From positions 1 to 25,812 of the forward strand of contig CAZQEG010000002.1 in the NCBI GenBank assembly GCA_964591575.1: a stretch of 25,812 nucleotides of DNA, given 5' to 3'. Source of the DNA: an uncultured Thermoplasmata archaeon. Its GTDB lineage: Archaea > Thermoplasmatota > Thermoplasmata > WALJ01. The notes below the pieces were generated by a model. It searched no databases. It was not told the DNA's origin and worked only from the letters and a program-made list of their open reading frames with translations. This document shows positions 24,620 through 25,812 of this stretch, piece by piece (the stretch's first letter is position 1; every line of letters begins with the position of its first letter). Made by a program: the position numbers and the translations under genes.

Positions 24620-25606
24620 ATGACAAGGAAGAACATAAAGGACCTGAGAGAAGGGGATTTCGTGGACGAGCAGTACTCCGTTAAGCTGAAAAAGCCGCCG
24701 CAGACCTACAAGAGCAAGGCCGGAAAATGGTTCGAGGTCAGAGTTGCGGATTCAACCGGAGAGATAGGCGTCAAGTTCTGGGGTACGGAGAGCGATGATG
24801 TTGACAGGATATACGGCTCCTTCGACAAAGGGGACATAGTCCGTGTGGTCGGGAATGTAACGAGCTACCGCGGGGCTCTTTCCATAAATGTCGATACGAG
24901 GAGCGGAGGCAGCATAAAGAAGGAGAACATCTACGACATACGGGACTTTATAGCATCTGCCGGAGATGTGGAATGGCTGGGGGAAGACGAGGAAAAGATG
25001 AGAAAAGAGTTCGAGCGCATGGTAAAAAGCGTCAATGAGCCGAATCTGAAGCGTCTTCTGGATTCGTTCTTCGGGGATGAGGGGTTTATGAAGGAGTTTG
25101 CAGATGCACCAGCATCGATGAAAAGGCACTCCGCTTTCGTCCACGGACTTATGCACCACACCCTCAACGTATCGAAGATATGTGATACCGTGGCATCATC
25201 CTACCCCGCTCTGGACAGGGACCTCATGATAACCGGAGCCCTCCTGCACGACATAGGCAAGATGAAGGAGTTCAAGATGGGAACGAACATAGATATGACG
25301 GTGGACGGAGAACTTCTGGGGCATGTCTTCATGGGCGCGGAGATGGTGGATAACAGATGCAGGGAGATAAGCGGGTTCCCGGAACTCCTGAGAAAGAAAG
25401 TGGTGCACATAATACTCACGCATCACGGGCCGGTCGCAAACGGATGGGGCTCTTCGAAGGACCCTGCGCTCCCCGAAGCGGAGGCGGTTTTCCTTGCGGA
25501 CCATACGGATTCTCAGGTGTTTCAGTATCTGAAGCTCAAGCACGAGGCTAACACCGATGACGATTGGTTCTATGTGCCGAATTTCGGGCATGTCTTCCTG
25601 AAATGA
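24620..25606 (+). CDS. YhaM/Cbf1-family 3'-5' exoribonuclease (OB fold + HD domain)
   Basis: OB fold 'VRVADSTGEIGVKFW...GDIVRVVGNV..Y.G'. HD region 'H.AFVHGL..HT', 'GALLHDIGK', 'LLGH', 'HIILTHHG', 'EA..V..AD..DS'. Confidence 0.88.
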   Translation: MTRKNIKDLREGDFVDEQYSVKLKKPPQTYKSKAGKWFEVRVADSTGEIGVKFWGTESDDVDRIYGSFDKGDIVRVVGNVTSYRGALSINVDTRSGGSIKKENIYDIRDFIASAGDVEWLGEDEEKMRKEFERMVKSVNEPNLKRLLDSFFGDEGFMKEFADAPASMKRHSAFVHGLMHHTLNVSKICDTVASSYPALDRDLMITGALLHDIGKMKEFKMGTNIDMTVDGELLGHVFMGAEMVDNRCREISGFPELLRKKVVHIILTHHGPVANGWGSSKDPALPEAEAVFLADHTDSQVFQYLKLKHEANTDDDWFYVPNFGHVFLK

Positions 25607-25801
25607 TCAGAGGTCATCTCTTATGGTGCCGTCCGGAAGCATGTTGTCGGGGTGATACTCTCCGCGCTCTTCCATTCGATATCTGACACATTCCTGCCAG
25701 TGCCCTCCGAGGCAGTAGTGCTCCACCCAGTATTTCTCCAGTTTCCCTTCCTCGGTGAATCTCCGTATCGGACAGCAGCAGTACCATTTGCAGGGTTTCA
25801 T
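25607..25801 (-). CDS. Small Cys-rich protein (64 aa), putative metal-binding, function unknown
   Basis: MKPCKWYCCCP...HYCLGGHWQECVRY...HPDNMLPDG with 6 Cys. The frame stays open to the window edge, so the start is not certain. Confidence 0.7.
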   Translation of the reverse strand: MKPCKWYCCCPIRRFTEEGKLEKYWVEHYCLGGHWQECVRYRMEERGEYHPDNMLPDGTIRDDL

Positions 25802-25812
25802 GGAGCGGTATT

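Overview
Gene-dense archaeal chromosomal window, most consistent with Thermoplasmatota. This is inferred from TATA boxes about 25 nt before start codons, GGTGAT ribosome-binding sites, a single-domain ZPR1, a split transketolase plus TalC-type transaldolase, and an archaeal-type AhcY. I count 27 likely CDS. Housekeeping and metabolic genes: ZPR1, APC permease, Ca2+/Na+ antiporter, RDD protein, tldD/pmbA, DUF401 transporter, a tktN-tktC-tal-ahcY-GT4 operon, thiolase, class II glutamine amidotransferase, M50 protease, purC and a YhaM-like nuclease. There are three large membrane-anchored surface proteins: a TolB-like propeller with a cytoplasmic Zn ribbon, an Asp-box propeller with Ig-like domains, and a 9-repeat cadherin-like protein. 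I found no rRNA, tRNA, CRISPR array or mobile element. The most unexplained parts are three. (1) A minus-strand cluster at 14968-15781 has an HTH-like gene flanked by two small acidic ORFs (55 aa and 31 aa) that the ORF track missed, plus a repeat-rich intergenic element. (2) The cadherin-like protein alternates Ca-motif-less, loop-bearing repeats with canonical repeats, and its promoter carries a perfect 10-bp inverted repeat. (3) A very basic coiled-coil ORF leads the pentose-phosphate/AhcY/GT4 operon. All family assignments come from motif recognition by eye, not from database searches.
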